The notes: a model not told the origin generated them from the letters alone. Numbered from the stretch's first letter, positions 17,575-28,327 are shown. The stretch: DNA of 64,000 nt from Candidatus Saccharimonadota bacterium (GCA_028289135.1 JAQGGW010000008.1:34385-98384); one strand, 5' to 3'. A program made the numbers and translations.

Positions 17575-18400
17575 CGTTACCCAAGACATCTATATAGAAG
17601 CTAATAAGCGTCAAAGTGTAAGCGTAAGAGAGCTATGGCTATATCGCGAATTATTTTTCTTTTTTGCTTGGCGCGATATCAAAGTTCGTTATAAACAAAC
17701 CTTTCTAGGTGCGGGCTGGGCTATACTGCAACCATTTTTAGCGACTGGAGTTTTTACATTATTCTTTAACAAAGTAGCAGGCATACAATCAGGAAACCGG
17801 GCAGTACCGTATGCCGTATTCGCATATCTCGGACTCATGTACTGGAACTGTTTTAACTCTTCAATTAACACTGTTGCTAATTCACTTGTTGCTAGCCAGG
17901 GTGTCATTACCAAAATTTATTTCCCACGACTTATACCATGCCTTGCTGCAGCTGCTTTAAGTATCGTAGATTTCTTTTTCGCTGCTAGCATTTTCTTTGT
18001 TTTCCTCATTGTTTACCATATAACACCTCATCTAAGTGGGATAATCTTTTTTCTACCTGCACTTGCTATTCTTGTTGCGTCATCGCTTGGTATCGGCATC
18101 TTTTTCGCTGCGTTAAATGTTAAGTATCGCGATGTACGCTCGGCATTACCATTTATCACCCAAATGCTTCTATTTGTGACACCAGTCATTTATCCAATTA
18201 CTTCCATCCCTGCAAAATATCGGACTTTTGCTTTTCTAAATCCCGCAGCAGGTGCGATCAGCGGAATACGGGCTGCAATGTTCGGTGAACCAATTAGCTG
18301 GATTGGCGTGCTGCTTTCTTGCATTAGTACGGTTATAGCTATTATTATCGGCATTTGGTATTTTAATAAAACAGAAAAGAATTTTGCGGATATTATATGA
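17567..18400 (+). CDS. wzm: ABC-2 type polysaccharide export permease
   Basis: Start chosen at the ATG preceded by AAGGA (the track start 17546 is also possible). It has 6 TM helices and the FFAWRDIKVRYKQTFLGAGWAILQP signature of Wzm/TagG permeases. Confidence 0.75.
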   Translation: MRSVTQDIYIEANKRQSVSVRELWLYRELFFFFAWRDIKVRYKQTFLGAGWAILQPFLATGVFTLFFNKVAGIQSGNRAVPYAVFAYLGLMYWNCFNSSINTVANSLVASQGVITKIYFPRLIPCLAAAALSIVDFFFAASIFFVFLIVYHITPHLSGIIFFLPALAILVASSLGIGIFFAALNVKYRDVRSALPFITQMLLFVTPVIYPITSIPAKYRTFAFLNPAAGAISGIRAAMFGEPISWIGVLLSCISTVIAIIIGIWYFNKTEKNFADII

Positions 18401-19671
18401 GCAAGAGCTATAAAGACAATGAGACAGTCATTAGAGTTGAGAATATTAGTAAAAGTTATCATATCAGCCATCAAAATAAACCTGGTTATGGCACAATAAA
18501 GGATGGTTTTTCAAACTTTCTGCATAAACCCAGATTTGGTATGGGTAAATCTAACCCAGAAAATGATGAGACATTTTGGGCTCTAAAAGATATTAATTTT
18601 GCAGTTAAAAAAGGTGAAGTTTTTGGAATAGTGGGTAAGAATGGCTCAGGCAAATCTACGATGCTTAAAATATTATCACGCATCGTTGACCCAACTACTG
18701 GAAGCATCAGCATGCATGGACGTGTTGCCAGCATGCTCGAAGTTGGCACTGGTTTTCACCCAGAGCTTACTGGACGTGAGAATATATACTTCAATGGATC
18801 AATGATAGGTATGAGCCGGCAGGAAATTAAATCAAAATTTGATGATATTGTTGCCTTCTCTGAAATCGAAAAGTTTCTTGATACGCCAGTTAAATTCTAC
18901 TCATCTGGAATGTATGTGAGACTTGCTTTTTCAGTCGCTGCACACCTTGATCCCGATATTTTGATTATCGATGAAGTACTAGCAGTTGGTGACGCACAGT
19001 TCCAGAAAAAATGCTTGGAACGTATTCTTTCAGGTGCAAAACGTGGCCAGACTATTCTATTCGTGAGCCATAGTATGACCATAGTAAAACAAGTGTGTGA
19101 TCGAGCAATGTACTTAGAAAAGGGTATTGCCAAATATATTGGTGAAACAGAATTTGCAACAGAAAAATATATGGAAAAAAATATTGCGTCTGTTACAGAA
19201 AGTACTTTTGCGGACAATCCAAAAAAAGACGCACAGTTTAAAGAGATAAACATATATGATTCTGATAATAAGGTAGTGGAGGCGCTTGACATCGGAGAAC
19301 CTTGGAAAATAGCCCTACAATATACCGTTAAGGAAAAATCAATCGATACTATAGTTGCCGTTGAAGTTTTAAGTAACGAAGGCCAACCAATATTTATGAG
19401 TACAGATACTGATTTTGATAAAAAAATGGGCGATTTAGAAGCTGGTAAATATTCTGCGTCTATAAATATTAACGATTTGCATCTTCTTCCTGGTGTTTAT
19501 TACTTGCGATGTTCTATACAATCCCCAGGAAAAGTAGCACATGATGTGCGTGAAAATATCCCACTCAGAATACGTCAAGCCAAAAATGATGTCCGTTCAC
19601 AATATTTCGGGGGCAAATATATGGGATATATTGCAGACAAGGTTAAATGGCAAATCGACAGGAGCGACTAG
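18397..19671 (+). CDS. wzt: polysaccharide ABC exporter ATPase with C-terminal Wzt_C-like carbohydrate-binding domain
   Basis: Walker A GKNGSGKST, signature YSSGM, Walker B ILIIDEVLAVGD, H-loop VSHS. An extra ~160-aa beta-rich C-terminal domain follows, as in Wzt/TagH proteins that recognise capped glycans. Confidence 0.85.
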   Translation: MSKSYKDNETVIRVENISKSYHISHQNKPGYGTIKDGFSNFLHKPRFGMGKSNPENDETFWALKDINFAVKKGEVFGIVGKNGSGKSTMLKILSRIVDPTTGSISMHGRVASMLEVGTGFHPELTGRENIYFNGSMIGMSRQEIKSKFDDIVAFSEIEKFLDTPVKFYSSGMYVRLAFSVAAHLDPDILIIDEVLAVGDAQFQKKCLERILSGAKRGQTILFVSHSMTIVKQVCDRAMYLEKGIAKYIGETEFATEKYMEKNIASVTESTFADNPKKDAQFKEINIYDSDNKVVEALDIGEPWKIALQYTVKEKSIDTIVAVEVLSNEGQPIFMSTDTDFDKKMGDLEAGKYSASININDLHLLPGVYYLRCSIQSPGKVAHDVRENIPLRIRQAKNDVRSQYFGGKYMGYIADKVKWQIDRSD

Positions 19672-20667
19672 GTGAATGGATCTAAAAAGTTCGTAGTTAT
19701 TACATCGATTTTCGCTCCAACGGAATCAGTTATTAAATTTGCAGCCATAGAGGGTTGGCAACTCATTGTAGTAGGTGACAAGAAAACACCCGCCAATTGG
19801 CATCAAGATGGGGTGATTTATTTAGGACCAGAAGATCAAGTAAACCTTGGTTATAAAATTATTGATTTACTACCCTGGAACCACTACTGCAGGAAAATGG
19901 TCGGATATTTATATGCTATGGAGCATGGAGCTGAGTTAATAGCAGACACAGATGATGACAATATTCCTTATGAAAATTGGCCATTTATTCCAGATGAATC
20001 AACTAAGCATAAGACTATTTCGAATGCTAAATTCGTAAATATCTATAAATATTTTACAGATCAGTTTATTTGGCCACGCGGATATCCACTCAATCGTATT
20101 TTAGAAAAAGAATCACCTGTTGAAACTGTTGAAAATATAAATGTAGGCGTATGGCAGTTCTTGGCAGACGAAGATCCAGATGTAGATGCTATATATCGCC
20201 TAACAAGTAATAAACTTGTCACCTTTGATAAATCCGAACCTATAGCGTTGAATAAAGGCACGGTTTCACCATTTAATTCTCAGAATACAATATTCAACAA
20301 AGAGCTCTTCGTACTACTTTACTTACCTTCTTTTGTCACCTTCCGCTTTACTGATATATTACGCGGCTTGATTGCACAGCCAATTATGTGGGAGCAGGAA
20401 CTTCACTTAGGAATTGGTGCTGCAACGGTAATCCAAAAACGCAATCCCCATGATTATCTCAGAGATTTTGAATCAGAAATACCAGTATATATTCATTCCG
20501 AGAGAGTAATTGATCTTATCACTGCTGTCGCTAAAAATAGTGGTGCTAAGCCTGCCGAATTACTTGTAAGTGCTTACACGAAACTCTGCGAAGAAAAGAT
20601 CGTCACTAATGACGAAGTTGAGCTCATTCATGCTTGGGCAAAAGATGTAAGCAGGATTATTGGCTGA
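19672..20667 (+). CDS. putative glycosyltransferase, STELLO/DUF288-like
   Basis: GTG start with CAGGAG upstream. FVVITSIFAPTESVIKFAAIEGWQLIVVGDKKTPANW...YLGPEDQVNLGYKIIDLLPWNHYCRKMVGYLYAMEHGAELIADTDDDN matches my recollection of the STELLO/DUF288 N-terminal pattern. Confidence 0.5.
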   Translation: MNGSKKFVVITSIFAPTESVIKFAAIEGWQLIVVGDKKTPANWHQDGVIYLGPEDQVNLGYKIIDLLPWNHYCRKMVGYLYAMEHGAELIADTDDDNIPYENWPFIPDESTKHKTISNAKFVNIYKYFTDQFIWPRGYPLNRILEKESPVETVENINVGVWQFLADEDPDVDAIYRLTSNKLVTFDKSEPIALNKGTVSPFNSQNTIFNKELFVLLYLPSFVTFRFTDILRGLIAQPIMWEQELHLGIGAATVIQKRNPHDYLRDFESEIPVYIHSERVIDLITAVAKNSGAKPAELLVSAYTKLCEEKIVTNDEVELIHAWAKDVSRIIG

Positions 20668-21836
20668 TGAAAATCGGCATGCTTGTAAACAACCTGGAAG
20701 TAAGCGGGGGATATCAAAAGCTTGTCATCCGATTAGCACAGCAGTTAATGCGGCTTAAGCATGAGGTCATCGTCTATTCACCGGTAGTTGATAAAAATCA
20801 GTGTTATCCAGATAGTATAGGTGATCTCAATATCGTAACTATAGAGAATGGCTCAAATAAGCCACTCTCTGAAAGATTCCGTGAGCTCGCCCAGAAAGTC
20901 GCACCCGATACACAGGCTATAATAATTCATGATGAGCTTAGCCTAATCGCAATAGCATGCCTCCCGAAGACGCAGATTAAATCTATCGTATGGATGCTCA
21001 ATAACCAATTCCCCGAAGGTCTTGGCAAGTATAAGGCAGAGCTTACTTCGATTGCCAAAACCAAGTATGTATCAAATAAAGATAAACGCACAGATCTGAT
21101 TAATAATGCGAACCGGATTCATTTGATGAAAAAGGGCCTGCGTAAGATTACTAGCTTTGCAGTATACGACTCATTCAATGGGTCGCTTGTTGAGAAACAC
21201 CTTGGTAAAAAAGCAGATTTCGTAGCTGCAGGCGCCGATCTAGACCAGTTCATACCTCTATCTAAAGCTAGAAAATACATAGAGAAGTCTGAATATACTA
21301 TCCTATCAGTTGGAGTATTGTTTCCGCATCGCAGATATGAAGACCTCATCCTCGCTACCAAGCTTTTGGTAGATGAAAACAAGCCGATGAAAACAATAAT
21401 CGTAGGACGGCAAGACCTATCGCCTGAATATTTTACATTGCTTAAAAATCTAACAAAAGAACTTGGCGTACAAAAGCATGTAACTTTTATGAATTACGTT
21501 ACTGATAAAGAAATGACTGAACTTTATAAGAAAAGTGATGCTTTTATATTTATTAATGACGGTTTTACCTGGGGTATTTCCGTATTTGAAGCAGTTGCCG
21601 CAGGGCTACCATGTGTCATTACTGACAATATCGGTGCCGCAGATTTAATAACTAACCGTAAGACGGGATGGATCGTAAAACCGCAGAGCCCAAGAGAAGT
21701 TGCTGATGCTATCAATGATATAGTCACAGACCGTAAACACACTGACTCGGTCGCTAAAGAAGCAAATAAAACATTGGCAGAATTCGTTTCATGGAGCGCT
21801 TATACGCAAAGGATGCTAAAGTTAATTAAAGCTTAA
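20667..21836 (+). CDS. glycosyltransferase, GT4 family
   Basis: Start at MKIGMLVNNLEVSGGYQK (TGATG overlap with the upstream stop). C-terminal FIFINDGFTWGISVFEAVAAGLPCVITD GT-B motif. Confidence 0.7.
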   Translation: MKIGMLVNNLEVSGGYQKLVIRLAQQLMRLKHEVIVYSPVVDKNQCYPDSIGDLNIVTIENGSNKPLSERFRELAQKVAPDTQAIIIHDELSLIAIACLPKTQIKSIVWMLNNQFPEGLGKYKAELTSIAKTKYVSNKDKRTDLINNANRIHLMKKGLRKITSFAVYDSFNGSLVEKHLGKKADFVAAGADLDQFIPLSKARKYIEKSEYTILSVGVLFPHRRYEDLILATKLLVDENKPMKTIIVGRQDLSPEYFTLLKNLTKELGVQKHVTFMNYVTDKEMTELYKKSDAFIFINDGFTWGISVFEAVAAGLPCVITDNIGAADLITNRKTGWIVKPQSPREVADAINDIVTDRKHTDSVAKEANKTLAEFVSWSAYTQRMLKLIKA

Positions 21837-21845
21837 GGAAAAAAC

Positions 21846-22691
21846 ATGAGCACTATCTTCAAGTGGGACAAGAATAATATGGACACACTCCTCGCAACCT
21901 GCGAGACAGATGGCATATTACCTTACATAGAGAAATACATGCCTGCACCATCACGGGTCTTGGAATCTGGTTGTGGGGCAGGACGTTATGTAAAATACCT
22001 TTACGATCGCGGATGGGATGTTATAGGTCTTGAATGGGATCAGGATGCTGTAGATATGATTAAGGACTATTGGCCTGAAGTAAATGCCGTCCAGGGCGAC
22101 AGTGCCAATTCACCGTTCCCTGACAATCATTTTGATGGCATCATTTCCTTGGGCGTCATCGAGCACTGGATTGAGGGGCCTGAAGCTCCGCTCAAAGACA
22201 TTTACCGGACCTTGAAGCCTGGGGCGGCAGCTATAATTACAGCCCCTTGCTTAAATACTATACGTAAGATCAAAAAAACAGTATGGTGGAATGAAAAAGT
22301 AACCGAGAAGGCAGCAACTAAGAACTGGAGAGAGAATGCTGGCCCGCAACCAAATCGTCTAGATAGCAAATTCAAATACTGGCCATACCCGACATATGGT
22401 GAGTTCTTTGAATATCGTTTTACAAAAAAAGAGTTTATTGATGAGATTAAAAAACAAGGGTTTGAAATCGTCGAGCATAATCCTGTAGCAATCATAGACG
22501 GCGTATATCATGAGTTGAACCCGAAACATAAACTGGTAAAATACGAAGATAGGCAATTCATACCGACAACGATGGGTAAACTAGTGAATAAAACGTTTTC
22601 TGCCGTACCATTTTTTCACCCGCATCATCAAATCGCAATCGTACGTAAACCTCTGAAAAAAACCAAGAAGCATGCTACGACAAAGAAATAA
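21846..22691 (+). CDS. class I SAM-dependent methyltransferase
   Basis: Motif I VLESGCGAGRY, then DVIGLEWD and FDGIISLGVIEH (post-I/II motifs). Confidence 0.7.
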   Translation: MSTIFKWDKNNMDTLLATCETDGILPYIEKYMPAPSRVLESGCGAGRYVKYLYDRGWDVIGLEWDQDAVDMIKDYWPEVNAVQGDSANSPFPDNHFDGIISLGVIEHWIEGPEAPLKDIYRTLKPGAAAIITAPCLNTIRKIKKTVWWNEKVTEKAATKNWRENAGPQPNRLDSKFKYWPYPTYGEFFEYRFTKKEFIDEIKKQGFEIVEHNPVAIIDGVYHELNPKHKLVKYEDRQFIPTTMGKLVNKTFSAVPFFHPHHQIAIVRKPLKKTKKHATTKK

Positions 22692-23814
22692 AGCGATAAT
22701 TCACACGGATACTGGGCTGTCGTACGTTGAATCATTTAGTAGATTCTTACCATCGCTAAAACGAAGGAAGAAAGCCCTACTCTCATATTTGACGGGTCCA
22801 GTGATTGCCGAGCTGCAAAATGAAGAGCTTGTACGATTCAGTAATCATGGCCTAGCCGTATCGTGGGCACGTGTTTTGAATGAACTTGGATATATTGTAG
22901 ATATAATAGATTGGGATAATACCGAATTCGTTCCTAAAAAAAAGTACGATCTTATAGTTTTTCATGGCGGCAAAAATTTTGAACAAATCATGCATAATGT
23001 TAAAAACCAGCCACGAATTATTCATTGGCTTACTGGAAGTTATTGGAAGTTTAATAATAGCGAAGAAGATAAACGTTTGGCAGATTTCAAGAAACGCCAT
23101 GGTACTACTATTGCCCGCGACCGCTATATCATTGATTCTGAGGAATTAGTTAATGAAACTTCAGACATGATTATTGTGCTTGGCGACCCTTCAATGCGTA
23201 GTGTATATCCTTCTAAGTACAAAAAAGTATTTACCGTGAACAACGCGAGCTACCCAGATAATCATTATGATACGCATCCAAAGGATTACGTATCAGCCAA
23301 AGAAAATTTTCTTTTTTTTGCAGGTAGCGGTAGCATACACAAAGGTCTTGACCTCCTGATTGACAGCTTTAAAGACCTAACTCAACATCTATATATAGTT
23401 GCTAATACCGACAGAGCTGTGATGAATGTCTTCAAAAAAGAATTACAGCTTCCCAATATCCATCTTATCGGTGAAGTGGGTATGCGTACTAAGGAATTTT
23501 ATGATGTCATGGGTACTTGTGCATATGTTATTTTACCTTCATGTAGTGAAGGTCAAGCTGGGTCAGTAGTAGAAGCTATGAACCAAGGGCTAATTCCTAT
23601 AGTATCTAAGGAGACTAGGCTTGATGCTACAGGTTACGGCTATGTTCTCAAAAATAACACCATCGCAGAGATAACAAGTGCTGTAAAGCATTTTTCCTCG
23701 CTCACGCCCGCTAAAGTACACTCCATGTCCCGCGAAGTCCGCTTAGTCACACAGGCATATCATTCACCAGAATTCTTCCGCAAACAATTGAAAGCAATAT
23801 TGAAGAAACTATAA
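22672..23814 (+). CDS. glycosyltransferase (GT-B fold, GT4-like)
   Basis: 380 aa. The C-terminal half has FLFFAGSGSIHKGLDLLI and ILPSCSEGQAGSVVEAMNQGLIPIVS. A 20-nt overlap with the upstream gene leaves the start uncertain. Confidence 0.6.
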   Translation: MLRQRNKAIIHTDTGLSYVESFSRFLPSLKRRKKALLSYLTGPVIAELQNEELVRFSNHGLAVSWARVLNELGYIVDIIDWDNTEFVPKKKYDLIVFHGGKNFEQIMHNVKNQPRIIHWLTGSYWKFNNSEEDKRLADFKKRHGTTIARDRYIIDSEELVNETSDMIIVLGDPSMRSVYPSKYKKVFTVNNASYPDNHYDTHPKDYVSAKENFLFFAGSGSIHKGLDLLIDSFKDLTQHLYIVANTDRAVMNVFKKELQLPNIHLIGEVGMRTKEFYDVMGTCAYVILPSCSEGQAGSVVEAMNQGLIPIVSKETRLDATGYGYVLKNNTIAEITSAVKHFSSLTPAKVHSMSREVRLVTQAYHSPEFFRKQLKAILKKL

Positions 23815-23831
23815 ACATCAAGGTAATCAAG

Positions 23832-23880
23832 GCAAAAACCTTGAGAATATTCAAAAATGGCTTTTGCTTTTTATTTATTA
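23832..23880 (+). terminator. candidate intrinsic terminator splitting the glycan operon
   Basis: GCAAAAACC (23832-23840) pairs with GGCTTTTGC (23859-23867) with one mismatch and a large loop. TTTTTATTTATT follows. It lies in the only sizeable gap (118 bp) of the 16.5-34.6 kb gene train. Confidence 0.4.
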
Positions 23881-23932
23881 GTTAGTGCAAATCATATCCG
23901 TACTTTAGTTTATAGTATAAAATAAGGAGTAC

Positions 23933-24739
23933 ATGAGCAAACCTATTGTTTCAGTTGTTATCGGGAGCTATAACAGACTGCCATTCCTACAAGCTGTCAT
24001 CGAAACTGTCCGTGCCGATCTTAAAAAAACGCCCCACGAACTCATTATTATTGACGGAGGCTCAACAGACGGATCTATCGAATGGCTCACATCACAAAAA
24101 GATATTATTACCATTCTGCAGCACAACCGTGGTGAGTGGAAGGGCAAAACAATTGAACGTCGTAGCTGGGGGTACTTTATGAACATGGGCTTCCGCGCTG
24201 CCAGCGCGCCCTATATCTGCATGTTAAGCGATGACTGCCTCGTCGTTCCCGGTGCGATAACAAAAGGTATTAATCATATAATGAAGTTGCAAAAAAAGGG
24301 GAACAAGATAGGCGCGGCGGCATTCTACTGGCGGAACTGGCCAGAACAAAAAGATTACTGGGTTGGACTAGCCTGGGGCAATCGAATGTTCGTCAATCAT
24401 GGCATATACGCCCGTGAGGCACTTGAAGCTATCAACTATATAGATGCTGACAACTTTACGTTCTATCACGCCGACGGAGATATTTGTCTACGCATGGCGG
24501 ATGCCGGTTTTATGTGTGTTGATTCGCCTAATTCATATATAGAACATTACTCTGATGCCAACCTCGAAGTCAGAGCCACAAACCAAGAAAAACAAAAACT
24601 AGATTGGAATACATATGAAAAACGGTGGAAGCATTTAAAGATGCCCGAGAATGACTGGCTTATGAAAAAATTTAAAGACAAGCATAAGACTGCGTCAAAA
24701 TACTGGAACAAATTAACCCCCGAAAGGAACATCAAATGA
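23933..24739 (+). CDS. glycosyltransferase, GT2 family
   Basis: VSVVIGSYNRLPFLQAVIETV...IIIDGGSTDGS and the DD of ...MLSDDCLV (DxD). AAGGAG lies upstream. Confidence 0.7.
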   Translation: MSKPIVSVVIGSYNRLPFLQAVIETVRADLKKTPHELIIIDGGSTDGSIEWLTSQKDIITILQHNRGEWKGKTIERRSWGYFMNMGFRAASAPYICMLSDDCLVVPGAITKGINHIMKLQKKGNKIGAAAFYWRNWPEQKDYWVGLAWGNRMFVNHGIYAREALEAINYIDADNFTFYHADGDICLRMADAGFMCVDSPNSYIEHYSDANLEVRATNQEKQKLDWNTYEKRWKHLKMPENDWLMKKFKDKHKTASKYWNKLTPERNIK

Positions 24740-25392
24740 AACTACACCTAGGCTGCGGACAGGTTTACCTAGAGGGATACGTAAACATTGACTACCCACT
24801 CGACAAGCATACGGTACAAGAAAAAACTGTGGCAGATGAATTCCATGATCTCACTAAATTACGTTATAAAGCCAAAACAATAGACGAGGTACGACTGCAC
24901 CATGTTTACGAACATTTTCCGCGTCATATCGCATTGGCACTGCTCGCGTCATGGCAAGGCTGGCTCAAAAAGGGCGGTAAGATTCATATTGAAGTGCCGG
25001 ACTTTGATGAAAGCGCGAAGCTCGTCATCGACCCGTCATTGCCCGAACGCGACCGTAAAGTAGCGCTCCGTCACATCTTTGGCTCAAATGAAGCTCCATG
25101 GGCTACGCACTATGAAGGCTGGTCTGCAGAACGATTGCGTGAAGCTATGAAGTTATTTGGTTTTAAGAATATTAAAATCGAACAGACAGCTTACTTAGCA
25201 ACCAGGAATGTTATCGTCACCGCTAACAAAGCTGGTTTGACTGAAATTAGTACTCAGAAAGCCCGTGAACTCACCAAGAAATACCTTCGCAACTTTACAC
25301 TCAATGAAAGCAAATTTGAAACCTCGCTACTCGAAATATGGCTCGATGAATACGACGCACAGTATAAGCTGACTGCATCAAAAAATAAATGA
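24736..25392 (+). CDS. putative SAM-dependent methyltransferase (Methyltransf_11/23-like)
   Basis: MKLHLGCGQVYLEGYVNID... N-terminus and VRLHHVYEHF, typical of small LPS/glycan-locus methyltransferases. ATGA overlaps on both sides. Confidence 0.5.
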   Translation: MKLHLGCGQVYLEGYVNIDYPLDKHTVQEKTVADEFHDLTKLRYKAKTIDEVRLHHVYEHFPRHIALALLASWQGWLKKGGKIHIEVPDFDESAKLVIDPSLPERDRKVALRHIFGSNEAPWATHYEGWSAERLREAMKLFGFKNIKIEQTAYLATRNVIVTANKAGLTEISTQKARELTKKYLRNFTLNESKFETSLLEIWLDEYDAQYKLTASKNK

Positions 25393-27146
25393 GATACATT
25401 AGCGTTATCATACCAACCTTCAATAGGGCGGCCTACATAAAAGAAGCGATAGATAGCGTGCTAGAGCAAAATGTTCCGAAAGACTGGGGACTGGAAGTTA
25501 TCGTTACTGATGACGGCTCCACCGACGACACCGCTTATGTTTTAGAGCCCTATTATGACAAGATTACATTTCTCAAACTACCACATTCAGGCAAACCATC
25601 AGTTCCTCGCAATGCGGCAATACGTGCCGCAAAAGGGGAGTTAATTGCTTTCCAGGATTCAGACGATTTATGGGCACAAGACAAACTCGTGAAGCAACTA
25701 CCATTTTTTGATGATGCAACCGTAATGATGTCATTTGGTAATGCGGAGATCATGAACATGGCAGGTGATAAATCGGGCAAAAAAATTGCCGATAGTAAAA
25801 GTCTAGACGCAGCCGAAGATTTTCGTAAACTACTAAAACAAAATACCATTTCCACACTTACCGTCATGGTGCGGGCTTCCGCCTTTAGAAAAACTGGCCT
25901 ATTTGATGAAGCGGACAGCTTACGCGCAGTCGAAGATTACGAACTATGGCTACGAATCGCAGCCAGTTTTCCTCGCGGTCTTCGTAATATTGATTCTGTC
26001 TTGGCCTACTACCGTGTTCACGATCAGAACATAAGTACAAGCGACGACTTGATTTCAATTGAGCGGCTCTGTAACGTCTATGAAACCCTGCTTGATTTCA
26101 ATGGCCTCACAGTAGCCCAGAGATCAAAAGTCGACATTCAGCTTGCAAGCATGCAAGAAAATTGGTCACGTCTTAAGAATGAGCTTGATCCGGCCAGCCA
26201 GCCAAAAGTGTCGGTTGTTATGGGTGTTTATAACGGCGATAAATATTTGCATGCCGCAATCGACAGCATATTGGGTCAAACATTCAGCGACTTTGAATTT
26301 ATTATTATCAATGACGGTTCAACTGATTCCGCACCTAGCATTATGAAAAGTTATAAGGACAAACGCATAAGAGTTATTAACCAGAGCAACCACGGCCTTG
26401 TCTACACGCTTAACAAAGGCGTCCGACTTGCAAGAGGACAGTACATAGCTCGTCAAGATGCCGACGACATTTCCCTACCCTCACGACTCAAAAAAGAAGT
26501 CGCGTTACTTGATAACGATCAAAGCCTCGGCCTTGTCGGTACTTTCTTTACGTATATAGATGATCTAACTGAAAAGAAAGATTTGACTATTTGTATGCCT
26601 ACTAAAAGTCTTGATATCAAAAGAGCGCTCTATGTAACTAATCCGATCGGTCATGGCACATCAATGTATCGTCGGAGCGTTTTTACGACAACTGGCTACT
26701 ACACTTCCGACTACGGGCCTACTGAGGATTTAGAATTGTGGCGCCGCATTGCCGATAGTTGGGAGATCGCAATCATACCCGAGTCATTGTATCTTTACCG
26801 CATAAATAAGCAGAGTATATCTCATACGAAAGGTGAAGTTCAGCACGCTAATACCGCTAGGATCATTAACGAGCAGTGGTCAAAACCTTTTTATAGTAAA
26901 TCTGCAGGTGCGATTATTGCAGATGGCAAGTATTATAAGAGTATGGATTCAGAATTTGCATCACTTACCTTTGACCAATACGCAGCCCACCAGATAGATA
27001 TTGGTAAAGCACTCCTGAATACAGGCGCCATAAAGCCAGGAGTCCTCACCGCATATGCGGCTATACGGCTAAAACCAAAATCTTACAAGCTATTTATTAA
27101 GCCTATATTTAACTGTGTATTAGATTTATTAGGAGTTAGAAATTGA
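25389..27146 (+). CDS. two-domain GT2 glycosyltransferase (tandem GT-A domains)
   Basis: Two separate GT2 N-terminal signatures: ISVIIPTFNRAAYIKEAIDSVLEQ...DDGSTDDT...QDSDD and VSVVMGVYNGDKYLHAAIDSILGQTF...NDGSTDS...QDADD. Confidence 0.75.
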   Translation: MRYISVIIPTFNRAAYIKEAIDSVLEQNVPKDWGLEVIVTDDGSTDDTAYVLEPYYDKITFLKLPHSGKPSVPRNAAIRAAKGELIAFQDSDDLWAQDKLVKQLPFFDDATVMMSFGNAEIMNMAGDKSGKKIADSKSLDAAEDFRKLLKQNTISTLTVMVRASAFRKTGLFDEADSLRAVEDYELWLRIAASFPRGLRNIDSVLAYYRVHDQNISTSDDLISIERLCNVYETLLDFNGLTVAQRSKVDIQLASMQENWSRLKNELDPASQPKVSVVMGVYNGDKYLHAAIDSILGQTFSDFEFIIINDGSTDSAPSIMKSYKDKRIRVINQSNHGLVYTLNKGVRLARGQYIARQDADDISLPSRLKKEVALLDNDQSLGLVGTFFTYIDDLTEKKDLTICMPTKSLDIKRALYVTNPIGHGTSMYRRSVFTTTGYYTSDYGPTEDLELWRRIADSWEIAIIPESLYLYRINKQSISHTKGEVQHANTARIINEQWSKPFYSKSAGAIIADGKYYKSMDSEFASLTFDQYAAHQIDIGKALLNTGAIKPGVLTAYAAIRLKPKSYKLFIKPIFNCVLDLLGVRN

Positions 27147-28327
27147 AAATACTACACACGGTTGAATTTTATTACCCATCAATAGGTGGTGCACAGGAAG
27201 TCGTAAGGCATTTAAGCGAACGTATGGTACGGCTTGGGCATGACGTTACAGTAGTGACTACCGCAATACCAAATCGTACAAACCGTATCCATAATGGCGT
27301 TAAGATTGTAGATTTTGAGATAAGTGGCAATACAGTTAATGGTATCAAGGGTGAAAAAAAGAAATATCATGACTTCCTTAGAAAAGAGAAGTTCGATGTA
27401 GTCATGAACTATGCGGCTCAGCAGTGGACAGCAGATGCGTTTTTTGAAGTTATAGACGACATCAAAGCAAAAAAGATTTTTGTGCCTTGTGGCTATTCGG
27501 CCTTATACGACCCAGCATATATTAACTACTTCAAAAAACTTCCAGCCATACTTAAGAAATACGACGCTACCGTCTATCTTTCGAGTAATTACCGTGATAT
27601 CAACTTTGCTCGTGATAATAAACTGAGGAACATAACCATAATTCCAAACGGAGCTAACGAAGAGGAGTTCACCGATCCATTATCACCCGAACGCATACGT
27701 TACTTGCGGACTAAATACGGTATAGGTGGCCTTACAATAATGACCATCGGGTTGTACGGCGAAAAGGGCCACATGGATGTTCTACGCGTATTTAGAAAGT
27801 TGCCAGTTTCCAAAGCTACATTTATTTCTGCAGGGAGTATACGCCCTCAGGATGGACATTATACTGATTTTGAGGCCGCCGCCGAGCGCCTTAACCTCAG
27901 TAGAAAAATGATAGGTAAACGAGTTGTGATGGTAGATGGCGGAAACCGAGAGGATGTACGCGATTTGCTTAAGATGTCAGACATATACGTATTTCTATCT
28001 AACATAGAATGCAGCCCGCTAGTTTTGTTTGAAGCTGCAGCTGCAGGCGTACCGTTTATTGCCACACCAGCTGGCAACAGTGCAGAAATCGCAAAATGGA
28101 CCGGTTCTGGGATAATTGTAAAAAGTCATCCTGCCGAAAACAGCCGTGTACGTGCCGACCTTAAGGACACCTTATGGCAACTAACTAAACTAGCCCACAG
28201 CCCAAAAAAACGAAAAATACTCGGGGAAAAAGGCCATGATGCTTGGAAGATGAAATATACCTGGGATAGGCTTACTGAGGAATATCTGACTCTCTACGAA
28301 GATGTACTTAAAGGCATAAGTCGATGA
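27143..28327 (+). CDS. glycosyltransferase, GT4 family
   Basis: TTG start with AGGAG upstream. MKILHTVEFYYPSIGGAQEVV and FLSNIECSPLVLFEAAAAGVPFIAT. Confidence 0.7.
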   Translation: MKILHTVEFYYPSIGGAQEVVRHLSERMVRLGHDVTVVTTAIPNRTNRIHNGVKIVDFEISGNTVNGIKGEKKKYHDFLRKEKFDVVMNYAAQQWTADAFFEVIDDIKAKKIFVPCGYSALYDPAYINYFKKLPAILKKYDATVYLSSNYRDINFARDNKLRNITIIPNGANEEEFTDPLSPERIRYLRTKYGIGGLTIMTIGLYGEKGHMDVLRVFRKLPVSKATFISAGSIRPQDGHYTDFEAAAERLNLSRKMIGKRVVMVDGGNREDVRDLLKMSDIYVFLSNIECSPLVLFEAAAAGVPFIATPAGNSAEIAKWTGSGIIVKSHPAENSRVRADLKDTLWQLTKLAHSPKKRKILGEKGHDAWKMKYTWDRLTEEYLTLYEDVLKGISR

